64,000 nucleotides of DNA, taken from NCBI RefSeq assembly GCF_009914755.1, contig NC_060941.1; one strand, written 5' to 3'. Positions 36,411 through 52,038 of this stretch are shown piece by piece (position 1 is the stretch's first letter; the number at the start of each line of letters is the position of its first letter). Origin of the DNA: the human T2T-CHM13v2.0 reference genome, Homo sapiens. Under the pieces are notes generated by a model that saw nothing but the letters and a program-made list of their open reading frames with translations, searched no databases and was not told the DNA's origin. The translations under genes were made by a program, and so were the position numbers.

Positions 36411-39400
36411 GCTATCTATTTTTTAAAAATTATTTTACCAGAAAAGTGTATTCCTGCTTCATCGTATAATTTTTTAAGCTACAAAAGTAAATAATGTTGG
36501 TGGGGAGGGAGAAGCATAACCTCGGGCCATCTGATGGGAGTGCACACTAGCAGGGGATGGATGAAGAGGCCTCCATGATTTCTCACTTGATTCAGGAAAC
36601 CTCCTTGGGGGAACAGGGGTGCTGGTGAGCGAAAGAGCTGACAAGATAGAACTGAAATGATGTTCCAGAATCTAATAGGAAGCAGGGTGGCAAAAACTGA
36701 GGGAAAAACTGAGCTCACTGAAACTCCAGTCGGGGGCTCTGCATATCATAGGCCCTTAGTGTTTGGTGAAAGAATGAATAAAACTTGATTTGAATCCAGT
36801 TGCCACGTAGTTTATAGAAGAGATGTAAATTGCTAACAGCTGAGCCTGGTTCACACCCATAATGGACCTTCAAAATTTGTCTTTTACAGCTGAAGAAAGC
36901 AAGACTCAAGTTACAGATTGCCCACCTAGTTAAAGTTAGTCAACCTAGTCAACACCCAGTTAAAGGAGGTTGAGGTCCCCTAAATTCAACCCCACACTGC
37001 CTCCGGGTATGCACGCTGGGGAGGCTTTTCTGTGGCATGGTAAGCATTAGGTGAGTACTGTAATATAATGCCTGGGATCACAGTGGAAGGCTTCAGGGTC
37101 CCCATTTCTAGAATTTTCAAACTTGAATCATTCTTAACAAGACAGAAGCAGGATCTGTCTGCTCCTTGTGCTCTGCCTCCCAGCCTCGGCTTCCTTCCTC
37201 TCCTCTACGGTTTATCTCATCTCCTCTCCTAGCCACAACAAAGGCAGCCAGACCCAGACGCTGCTCAGAGACACTTTCCCAGTGAAAAGTCCCTGTTGCT
37301 TTAGGATGAGAAAGGTGTGTCCTGAAATTAGAGGTCACAGAAGCTCAGACCCAAGTAATGGTCATTCAGCCAGACTGCCATTTTCCTTACTCCTTCACCC
37401 CACATTACAGACGCCATTCTTCAATTTCCAAATTCACCTATCCTCATTTCAGACTGTGCTGGAGCTCCATGATGCAACTAGGCTTCTTTACATGAAAACG
37501 GCCCCCATGGTGGGGTTCTCCTGACCCCACACTCTGCCTGGCATCTTTCTATGGTGATTCACAGGTCAGGAGTGCACTCGTAAGCAAATGGAAGAAGGTA
37601 AGGAGAAGAAGAGCTAATTATCTGAGCTGCTTTTGAAATAAAGTGATATCAGAGAAGAAAGTATATTTGGCACTAATCATAGACAGGAGAAAAATCCCAG
37701 CCACCCAAGAAGTAGAACTTTTATATCATTATATTCTCACATGGAAACAGGGTTTGACCTGACTCAGTCAGAATGACCTCTAACTACAAAGGTACTAGAA
37801 AGCTACTCATGAAGTTAGAAGCAAAGAAGAGGGAGCCCGTCAAATATCATTTTAGTTACATCAGGGATCTTTAGAAGCAAGGCCATGAAATAGAATACCA
37901 AGTTCTGAGGCCTGTGAAGATCAAGACCTTAAAAGATAACCCAGTCATGTGTTCTGGACTCCTTTTCTCCACCAGGTGAGGAACTCAGGGCTCAACCATC
38001 CAAAAATCATACTAATTAGTTCTGGGAAGTCAGCTGAGTTCTGACCACTGTCCCAGGAAAGATCTTTGTCACCCTCACTGACCTCCATCTTATAAGGAGT
38101 ACCACTGAGCCCCCTTGTTTAGCTAGGTCTTATCCAAAGAAGTCCTCTGCAGAAAGGCCGAGGTCTTGACACAGATGGCAAGTATTGCTAGGGGTAATAT
38201 CTAATTCCCACAGGCCCAGGATAAGGTCTATAGAGGCTTTGTCTAGGGCCCTTCTGAGGCATGGTCTTAACTCTTGCCACAACAAAGTAGTTAACTGAAC
38301 TCTCACACCTAACCCAATGTGCTACTTGCAAACAGCCTTGACACAGTTTGCTTTATTATTTGATTTTGCTGTTCCTGTTCCAGCCAAGCTCACACCAGAG
38401 ATGGCAGGAATCTGAAAACCTACTAGAATCAGATAAGTGTTTATTTTTGAGTAATTATTTAAGATTTCAATGCTTAAAAGGCCAAAGACTAAAGCCAGAC
38501 AGTCCCTGTGAAAAACACCAAAGAAATGAAACTTAAGGAAACCAGATCATTTATTTAAATACGCCAGAGGCCCATCTGGACTACCGGCAGAGCTACTTGA
38601 GCATTGCTAAGTTTGGTGATTGCAGTGCAAGAGTGCGAAATAGCTTCATTAACATGGTTACTTCACACATAGTCCAGGTCTTTCAGGCTTAGTCTCCTGC
38701 TCAGAGGCTGTAGGGATTTCAAGGTGTCCTGCAAACTCTGCTCCATACTGCTGTCTTCCACAACTGGCTTGCCCTGGGGCTTAGAAGCCCTTTGAGGGCA
38801 GATACTGTCTCCAAATGGGCTGGCTCAATGAAATCTTCTATGCTCAGATTTGCATTGGCACAATGCAAGTGGGGATGGAATGAAGCTATGAAGCTTGCTC
38901 GGCTAGTCCCAGTCCCCAGATCCTGGGCAGTAACACACAATATTGTATTTACATTGCAAAGTGGCAAAATTATGGAGGATGGGTCTGGGGTTCAATAAAG
39001 AAAACAATAAAGGATCATAGGGGTAGTTGTACTCAGAAATAACATCAGGAGGAAAAGGACAAAATTATTCAAGCCACCAGCCAACTCAGATGCCCAGAGT
39101 CTCTCCTCAGAAGCCATTGGGGGGTTGACATTAGGCCAAGAAGGCTTCTGTTCAGAAGAGGCAACAGCCAGGAAGGGCTTGTGTTGGAGATAGCCCAAGG
39201 GCTCCAGCCTGACTGCTGACAGCCCTTTGACCACAGCTCTGAATCTTTGTCCATGCGGTGGCCCTAGGGAAGAGGCCTGCTTTGGGGGGACTGTTTAATG
39301 ATTTGCCAGCAAAGAACAAGGCAAACAGACTGCTGGCAGCTGCCTAGATGCAACAGGAGAGTGGATTTTTATTCCCACCCACAGTGTAGCCTTCCAGGCA

Positions 39401-41157
39401 GGGGATAAAAGAAAAAGTGAGATGGCTCTGGGAGAGCCTGGGAGGGATTGCCATTTGGGGCTCAGAATTTCACTGGGTCTCTATGGATGGTGCCTGTATA
39501 TCTCAGCATTGGTGCCAGCTGGTATTTCCATCCTCTGAATATTTTAGAAATTCCCAATAGTAGCATCTCTTGCACTCCTAGGAACTAAAAAGTAAGATAT
39601 ATAAATAGCCTTTTATGGCAGAATTCTAGGCATTAAAGAGAATGAAAGCAGAAAAACACTGTCTTAGCTCCTAAGAAGTCTTTTACAGAAAACATATGAT
39701 GGGAAAATAGCTTGGTTCTCTGCCAAATTATTTTTCCTTTCTCTTCCCATGGACGTTTCCCTATTTCCTTGGTTCTATAGAGAAAAAAAAATGGCACCTC
39801 TCCTATCCCCCTGTGATCCAAAGACTGTGAGAACTCCAATCCTATAGCTCTCTACCTCTTTTTGCCCTTGACTCCCCATGCCAGTTCAAATTGGGCCCTT
39901 CTCCAATCCTTTGACCAGCGCTCAGTCCCCAGAAACTAAATACTTTCCCTCATATATTCCCCTGAAGCCATCTATACAAAATTCTTAAATGACACTTACC
40001 TCTTACTGTGGGTCAATGCTGCATTGTGACCCACTCTCTTACCTATTTCCTCCAGCAGAATGCCTGATTCTTAGTGCAATAAAACATTAGTTCTTTCCTC
40101 CTTCCTGCAAAGTAGAATCTGAGCTCCTTGAGGTCAGGGACTAGGTCTTATTCATCACTTAACATCATGCCATGCACACAGTAGATATTAAGAAAAATGC
40201 ATGTTGAATCATCTGTTTTAATAAACAGATGTGAGGTAAAATATATTTGGTGGTTGCTCTGTCATTTTATCAGGATATGATTATTTTCAGATTTCTGCTT
40301 TCTCTTCAGAAACTTTCTGTATACTCCCTGTAAGTTTCAGTTTCAAAGTCAGCTTTAGAGTATCTTGACCTCATCACAAGGCAGAGTTCTCTTCTTTCCT
40401 GTTCACCATCATGCCTAGATCTCCTCCACAACCCTGAACAAAACTCACTTCTTTCTGGAGAAGCTTCCTGTTTAATAACCCATCCCGTTATGCTTTTATT
40501 GTCTCCTCTCAGTATCAGTGTACTGCTGAGTTATGCATAACCCTGAATGGGGAAGAAAGCAACAGCCTTCTGCCCCAAAGGAACGAGTCCCGGTCTCAGG
40601 AGAGTAACACCTGCCTGTAGGCTACAGCAGTGTATACACGTGCTCAATGCACAGGGTCTTAAGGCCATTTGTTAGACAACACACAGGGCATGGGAATGCA
40701 CAGAGCACAGCACATAAACACTGGGGTAATGTGGAATGATGGACTAACTTGCTCTTGCTGTATGGCTTTGAAGTACTCTCTTGTCATTTTGGGCCCTTCA
40801 GTCTCTCTCCCAGATTTGTTAAGTTATTTTTTGAGAGAAGCCATTTAGAGACTATTACAAACAATTAAAAAAAATCCCTGCAGTATTGACAGAAAGAAAC
40901 TCTTGCTCCCCACTGGCTTCAGGCCATAGTGTCAGCTGTCTGCAGTGAACTTCAGTCCCTACCAAAATTTTATGAGGACTTGGCCCAGAGATCTGCACAG
41001 AAAAGTTCTGGGAAAGCTTAGAATCAGTTCACTCTGGATAATATTCCATATTTTTTCTGAGTGGGTTTTTCTTACCTTTGGTGGGATGAGAGATGAATTA
41101 CATTTTTCCCCCGTCCTTTATTATTTGAAAAGAGGATGTATCTGAAGCCCAAGTTTT

Positions 41158-41790
<633 letters not shown>

Positions 41791-43612
41791 AAAGCCCAAG
41801 TTTTAAAGTCTTCAGTTGAAGAGACATTTGATTCCACCACCCTGCCTTTGCTTCAGCTTCCCGGCAGCTTGATCAGCTCTCCAGCCTATCCTGCCCCTGA
41901 GAATGTATGTAGGCCACCTCATGCCAAAGGCAGTTGTATGTTCAAATATTCCAGACATCCTTTGACTTGCTCTTTGTGAACTATGAGCTCTTTGTTACTT
42001 CTTAATTGTTCAAACCTCTTTATTTTTCTTGCTAAGCGCAAATAGTAAGAGACACAAAAAGATAATCAAAGGCTGATAAATGAGAGAGGAATCTTCTCAG
42101 TTATCAAGTTGGCTCTGATGAATAGGAGTTCCTGTTCGCATTTGTCAGGAGATTCAGGGAGGTGCCATCACCACACTGAGTGGGTAAGGGAAGTACTTAG
42201 AGAGTTAGGGAGGGGAGCCAAATTCCTGGGTTGAGAGTTCACAGGGCAATGAGGATCAATAGCAGCACTTTTGATTTGTACACTGTTATCAAGGTACAAA
42301 GCAACACTACCCTTTGTCCTTTTTATTTTTACTCTGCTAATGGAACCCTTCACCCTAAATTAAGATTATTATTCAGCTTTGATGTTGCATTTTATATTAG
42401 CAAAGTGCTTTATAATCCTTCATTAGCTATTTTACTCTCCCTTTATTAGTACCACCCGTTCCACAAATTAGGTAACTAAGGCTTGAAGAGACAATGCAAT
42501 GCATATTGGGCTTGTGACCTGGCTTCTGGGCATCGGTTTCAGGTACTAAATCTAATGAAGGGAGACTTGACAGACCACAGGAAGAAGCACAGAGTAAAAG
42601 GGCAGAAGCACGGACATAACAAGAGCTTTCTTGGGAACTAAACCTCCAATGACATAGAGAAATACTTCAAAATGTTGCTTTCTTTTGCTGGCAGTAAAAT
42701 TGAGAGCTCTCATTAGCTTAAATGAAAAATGTGACTACCAAACACATCTTTAACAGGAAAACAGTTTTCTTGATTGCTGAATTTCCTCCCTAACAGAGTT
42801 GAAATAGAAAAATGAATGTGTTTGAACTTAATGGTGTCAGTTGTTTCCTAAGAAAGGGACTGATGCTACAGCAAGACAAACAGCCCTAAATTACTTCTGA
42901 CCCAATAAATACGCGCTTCTTGACTCTTCACGTGTTGCTCATGACATAATACTATTCTAGTTCTTCCACTTCTCTGATTGTCCTCACTTGTTGCCTCTTC
43001 CTCTTACTTTTCTTCCTCTTCTTCTTGTTTAAATATGTATGTTTCCTAAAGATGTACTCTCTGATCTCTATTACCTCTCTTCTGAGGTTCTTATTCACTC
43101 CAGTATCTTTAATTATGATTTCCAAATTGGTCTCTGAAGTCAAATCTTCTATACTTCAAAATGCTTGTTAGACTTTATTTATTTGAAGTCCTACTGATAT
43201 CTCAAACTTAAATATACCAAACCTAAATATCATATTCTCCCTGCACTCCACCCTAAGCCAATAACCTCTCTTAACTTAACCTATTTCAGTTAACGGCACC
43301 ACCATTTTCCTAGAGACTCTGGCTGAGCAAAGACTATGCCATCACTTGTCTTTGGAGACCTATCTTTTCTATGTCTCTGGAGTTGGAACCATTACAGCAG
43401 ACTTCTAACTAGTCTTTAGTCTTTCACCATTCTAAAGCTCTCTGTCATTTCAAGAACAATCTTCCTAGACACAGCACTGATCCTATCATTGCCCTGTTCA
43501 AATACTATCAGTGGCTGTCCACTGTCTTCTGAATTAAATTCAAACTCCATAGCCTATCAAATCAAGGCCTCGGTGCTCTGTACTGGTTTTGGAATCAGAT
43601 AAGTTGGTTTTA

Positions 43613-44322
<710 letters not shown>

Positions 44323-44691
44323 ACACCGTGCAAGAAGATCATTGCGGAGATAAAATGAAGTAACATATTTAAAGTACCAGCAGTTCCTGCACATAGTAAT
44401 CACTCAAAAGTATGTGTTTCTTCCCTTCTCCTCTACCTTTTCAGTTTCATCCCCACCTCTTCAATGTACCATACTACTTGTCCAAAATAAATTGGATTAC
44501 TCACTATTCTCTCACATTCTCTTGGAATGCCTATTATTTCTGTTCTGTGACTTATTAAAATCCTATATATCCTTCAAGGGCAAGTTCATATGCTACCTCT
44601 TCCATGAAGAATCTCTTCTTCTTCATCTGAAATGCCCCAAATATCTCGTTTGTATCTATGTGTGGTAATTTTCACCTTTTGCTTTATATTC

Positions 44692-44825
44692 TTTTTTTTT
44701 TAATAAACAGAGATGGGGTCTTGCTATGTTGCCCAGACTGGTCTCAAACTTCTGGCCTCAAGTGATCTTCCTGCCTTGGCCTCCCAAAGTGCTGAGATTA
44801 CAGGTGTGAGCCACCATGCCTGGCC
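44692..44825 (-). mobile_element. Alu left monomer (FLAM-like)
   Basis: Single arm. Confidence 0.75.
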
Positions 44826-45241
44826 TATACTCTCACTTACTAAATTGAGGGCAGGGGTTTCTTTATAATCCCGCATAGCACAATGCTCTAACATAAAAGG
44901 CAGTCAATAAATGTGTGCTAAATTAATGTTGAAAACGTGAGCTTTTGGTCTCCCAGGTCCACTTTGGTCCATTTCTTTGTGATTCGTACTTCACACTAAG
45001 CACTCGTTAGAAACAACCTCTGGAGGGATATCAGAATTTCAAACAATGTTAACAGAGAAGCTGAGTCAGTCTGGGATTAAGTTCAGTCCTAGTTCAGCCA
45101 AAAGGAATTGTCTGGACCCTGTTCCTGCTTGAGGAGATATCATAATTGGGCAGCTTGTGTGAGCCATGGGAACACACTTGAATACATTTACATGAGAACA
45201 TATTTGTCTTAGAAATAGGTACGCCAAAGTGCATGACACCT

Positions 45242-45553
45242 GGCTGGGTGCGGTGGCTCACACCTGTAATCCCAGCACTTTGGGGGACCGAGGCAGGCAG
45301 ATCACTTGAGGTCAGAAGTTCGAGACCAGCCTGGCCAACATGGTGAAACCCCATCTCTACTAAAAATACAAAAATTAGCCGGGCATGGTGGCAGGTGCCT
45401 GTAATCCCAGGTACTCAAGAGGCTGAGGCAGGAGAATCAGGAGAATCGCTTGAACCTGGGAGGCAGAGGTTGCAGTGAGCCAAGACTGTGCCACTGCTCT
45501 CCAGCCTGGGCGACAGAGAGAGACTCCATCTTCAAAAAAAAAACAAAAAAACA
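45242..45553 (+). mobile_element. Alu (S-type)
   Basis: TSD caaagtgca(t/g)gacacct; internal caggagaat duplication. Confidence 0.9.
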
Positions 45554-48500
45554 AAGTGCAGGACACCTATAAAAGTCAACTACTATTAGATTGACAATGA
45601 CAATGGCTTCACTGAAAACAAAAGCAGATCCAAAAAGTTCCGAATAGTTCTGAATATGGCTCAGCTAAGATATAACTATCTTACTCTGGCTTTCATCCAA
45701 TACATTTCCTCTTGGCCCAGTTAGCAAATGGGTAATTATATGACATCAGCCACCATGGGGTGGCTGGGACATAAGGTGGCTTCATGGTGCCATATAATGT
45801 GGCACCAAGTTTCTTAATCACCAACCACAGGTGCATCAACTCTTCCCCCCACCACACACACCCCCTCCATAAAACCACCTTATCTGATATTTCTGTTGAC
45901 ACAGTGACTATGCTTCAGGCACTTTCCTTTGCTTCTTCTTAATGTTTGTTCGGGTGGGTACCTCTGTGCAGATGCCTATAAATGAGTTCTTAGGGTATAG
46001 GAGTAACCACCCAGTCATCAGGCCATACTTTTGTTTTTAGGCAGGCTTAACTCAGAAAGTAGCAGCATATGTAATTGCTAAGCCAAAACCTACCTGAAAT
46101 ACTTCAGAGGCTAAGCCCCTTTCCTAGCCAAATACCTAACTACTAGAGTTGCTCTCTGTCAGTAAGTTGATTCCTTGCCTGCACATTATCAGACCTGTTT
46201 CTGGAGCCATCTTTCTCCCTAAAATGACAGCTGCTACAGTTTCCCCCAAACCCTTTGTGACACGGCATATCAATGGCTCCCAAGTGATCCTTGTCAAGAA
46301 ACAGAGACTCACTTCATGTGACCACTGAGTACAATGCTGGATGGGCATGCACAGAGATTTCCCTCACAGGTACATCAGAATGGGTCTGAAATATGGCCTC
46401 TTACTTGGCAAGTATTTGATGAGCACCTATCTTCTTCCCAAAACTGTTAGGTCCAACCCAGGAGGTACATTCTCACTGGGGAGATGACATATACACAAAG
46501 TAAATGGTGGTACAAAACGACATTGTATCAAAGGCCACATTGTGTGGTAAAGCCAATAGGTCCTACAGGATTTGTCAAGGAGATGGATCTTAAGCTCACC
46601 CTTAAAGACAACAGAATTTGGACAGGAAAAAAATAGCCACAGGATCTAGTCCACTGGGATCTGTCAAATGGATTTTTCAAACTTCTGAGCTTACTTGAGA
46701 AGAAACCAGGAGCCAGGTGAGAGAAAAAGTAAGGTTCTTGAGCAGTTTCTCTCAAGTCTTCAGGGTACAGGAAGACTTGTCTGACTGAAAAAATAGATCT
46801 GCAAAGATAGCTTGGATAGCTGAGGTAGGATCAAATTACAAAGGCTACTGCATGCCAAGATGAGAGTTAGAGCTTGCTCTCATATGCAAAAAAGGAATCA
46901 TCCTAAATTCTTCAGGGGATCTCATTATCAAAACAATACTGTAAGCAGAGCAATTTAATAGCAGAGTAAACTAGTGCAATGAAGAGAAAACTAGTGGTAG
47001 GAAAATCAATTAGAGAGCTGTTCCAGTAATCTAGTACTGCACGATCAGAGCTTGAACTCTGGTAGTAATAGTTAAAAGGAGAAGGAATTAATTACAGAAA
47101 TTATGAAGGAAGTGTTGAAAGTACTTGACAGATTGGAGTACCAGGATGAAGGAAATGGAGGAGTTAAAAGTTCTAAACTTGGAGAATTGGAAAAAAGATG
47201 TTGCATTAACAAAATGGGGAAATTAGAAAAAAGCTAGAGTAGGGAAAATTTAAGTCAGTCTTGATATACTAAATGAGAGATGAACATTTAAATCTTAAAG
47301 GTAGTTTGAAATAGGAATTGGAGTTTGAGTGACAAGCCTTCTGAAACTGATTCTGATATATGCTAAAATTTGCTAACCGTTGATCAACAGGGACCAAAAC
47401 AATTCTAGGCAGTTTCCTTACTACATGTAGAATGAAAACCACCAGAGTGGGAGGCCAATATGCAAAACTGGTCATTTCCCAAAAGATAGACTCCATGTTC
47501 AGGTAGAAGAACAGGGGCTTCTTCCATTATTTCCCCATAATATTAAATTTACATATCACTTCAGTATTAACCAGGGCATTGAATTGAGTGGATCTGAAAC
47601 ATCTGCAGAAGCTTCAAAGCTTTCTTGTATCTTATAAATTCTGTATTTCTACAATTCTACTACATAAATATGATCTAACACATGCTTTCAAATAACTACT
47701 GTCCTGTGTACCATTGAACAAACAACAATGCTGGACAAAATGGTAACAAAACTTGATTTAGTTTGCTTTAGTGCTTCAATTCTTCTAAAGGACCTAATTT
47801 CTTTTTAAGATTGAACTACTGCTTTTTCCATGGAAGAAAGTATTACTCGTCTTAGATGAAAGAAAGGATACACTGCTTATCTCTGCAGTTGGTAAATCAG
47901 AAGCAGAGCACATGACGGGTTGCAGGGCAGCATGTCCTCATCCTCAAGCTCTGCACTCTTTTATTTTATCCATGCTCCTCCAAAGCTACATTCAGAATCA
48001 GCAAAGAAAATGTGGAAGGTGGGAACGAGACAAACCCCAAATCCAGAATATGTAAAGGGAATGAAATGGTGCCCCGAAAGCTGAGCAAAATGGAATACAA
48101 AACAAAGAAAACAGAAGGCATGAGATCAGAGCTTTCTAACTAATAAGTTATAAGGGCCCCAGTCAAGTTATATAAGGTAGATCCTTTTTTTAAAAAAAAT
48201 TTTCTAGAAGAATGTCACGTGGCCCTATCATTTTTCTTTAGTTGAAGAAAGTGAGGCAAATGTTAAGATATTGTTTTCTAGAGCAAAAGAGTCTAGCTGC
48301 TTTACACTTGGGATTCTGGTGTAAAGAGTAAAACCTGCAACTTCGATGCTCACCTTGAATACCAGTGAGTGTAGGATTTTATTTCACCTGCTACTTAAAA
48401 CCTGTGGCCTAATCTACACTGTTTCAGTAACAGTAGCCTTAAAACTATATGAACATCTTTAGAAATAGTAATCAGAAAAGGGTCTTCTGAAATTAAGATG

Positions 48501-50818
48501 CTTACAATCAGTTGTACTTGGTTTTCCTGCACCATCCTTTGATACCAGCATACTCAAATTCTAGCTCCTCAGCTAAATTCTAAAAGAGGTTTAATGATCC
48601 CGTTTACTAAGTGCCTAGAATACTCAATATTGCTTAGCGAAAGTAGCAATTTAATGAAAAAGGCAAAAGAAAATGGATGAGAAACATGAAAGAAAAGCAA
48701 ATTTTAAACAAAGGACTGAAACTTTTTGTTTTTCACAGAATGAAGTTTCCCTGATCACTCTTCTCCACACTGCTGTTCTTTCTCATTGTAAACTCCCATA
48801 GAAACTCACTGTATATCTTATTTAGCACTTATTATAAATTCTCAAGGTAGAGTTCTCTAGTACATATCTACAGTATCTGAAGGGCTCCGTTAGTAAGCAC
48901 CTTGAGGGCAGGAATGTTTGTTATCTTATGCTCCTTCAGGCCCTCTCCAGGGCCCAGCATTGTGCCTTGCACCAGGGTTTAGTAATACTGAGTAATTGTG
49001 AAGCCAACCGGAGATATGGAGTACACTGAGGACCAAACTTAGAAAGATTGTGAAGCAGTGGGACAAATAAAAAGGGTGAGTGATGAGCCTTCAGACATGA
49101 GTGTGTGCTGGAAAATTGAGCTGAAAAATTAAATTTCTAATTCCAGATAATTCCTTTGCCATTGTTTATTCCTGGTCAGGGATCCCACCTCTCCACCACT
49201 ACCCCCATTCCACACCGCCCAACACATTTTTTTCCTTCCAGCATCAGCCAGGTGCAGAACAAAAGGAAATTAACGATTTAGTTATTGCTCCAATGCTGAA
49301 AGTTTGAAAGTCAGTCATTTGGAGCAGGTTCCATTGTGTGTCCCTGCATGTCTTGGGCTTTGGTGGCTGTGCACAGAGTACCATGGCTCCAGTCACCACA
49401 GTGGGGGCCAACGCTGGACGCCCTGGCTTCTGAGCAAGAGAGATGAAAGGCTTCTTCTAATGTAATAACTGACGGCCTCTCAGTGTCGTTTGAACTGTTT
49501 ACAGGCTGAGTTAACGATTACAGGCAATGTGTATCTTGGCCAGGTGCCCGAAATTCTTACCCACCCGTCAGATATTATCAAAGAGCCCTTCCATGCCTGG
49601 CTGGAGTCCTTCCAAAGCACCTCACAGAGATGCCGACACAAAAGGAGGAGTGTTCAGAATGTGCTCTCTGTCTCTCCAGAGGCCAAGCAAGAAAGTCAGA
49701 GGATCAGCATGAATTAGGTGCTGGGGACACTGAGTTTCCAGGACCACTCAGGACTGGGGAGAGGGTCAAGGTCAGTACTGGGGCCAGGAGAACCAGATTC
49801 CTTTTGAAGCAGTTTAGGAGGTGTATGTAAGAGTCTTTGCAGCTGGTAGCTAAAGGATGGGGGTAGAAAAACGACCCTCAAGATGAAACAGAAATCTACA
49901 CCACATAATAGAGCAAGCAGCCCCTAAGACAGTGGATCTGGAAGAATGGACTAATTATTATGGGGCAGTTATCAGAGGAGGGAGGAAAGTATATTTTCCC
50001 CCCACGGGATATGCACACAATTTGTAAAAGAATATCATCTTAAGGACAGGACAGAGCAGGATAGAGTAGGAAACTTCAAAAATAATAGTGGATAAAGTAG
50101 GGAGAGCTAAGAAAATACCTCTTTATTGGGGTGAATCCCAAGAGACTAAATGGCATCTGTTTAGGAACTATCAAAATGTTTTTTGCACAAATACATACTT
50201 CATATTAATCATGAGATATAATGGGAAGCCAGCTAGTTTATGACCAAAAAATGAACTTATCATCAAATAATGCTGGAAAAGCTTAGGAAAATAGTCATTT
50301 TTACTTCTTATTTATTAAGTACCTATTGACCTCTGGAATACATATGGAAGGGAAATAAATGGCAGTCCCTACAACTAAGACGTATAAATCTAAAGTCAAT
50401 ATGTAAGACAGTTACACACTCATTCCAAAACTACTATCACTACAACGATTCTCTCAAAGGGGAATATCTGTCTTCAAAATCTAGACAGGGGGTTATATGG
50501 CTTCTTTATCTCCATACACAGCCTAATGTAGAGGACAGCATATAACTTAGCACAAAATGCTCTCACAAGAAACTTTGGCAACAATGGATGTCATTCATGC
50601 TCTTTTATCCATATGTGAATATAATAATCATTATTACCTTGTGTTTCCTTGAAGCTTCACTTGGATATGGTTGTTTCATTCTCTTGTCCTAACTTGCTGG
50701 TTAATGTTGCTATTATGGAGCAGCTGGTGACCCACCCTGTGTAGTGGGGCATAGGCCCTGGTGTTAAAAGACTCTTCTTTGGGTTATCTACCTTGAGGAG
50801 GAGATACATTTGACATTA

Positions 50819-51510
<692 letters not shown>

Positions 51511-51645
51511 TACTATTTTGATTACAATGTAGGTCAAGAAATTGATTAATTTAATGTTTGCGATTCATTGTAATACTTTCTACAACAGATCATAACTCAT
51601 GTGCATTTTACTTGGGCAGTGCCCTGAATAGAAACACAACTGGAG

Positions 51646-52038
<393 letters not shown>

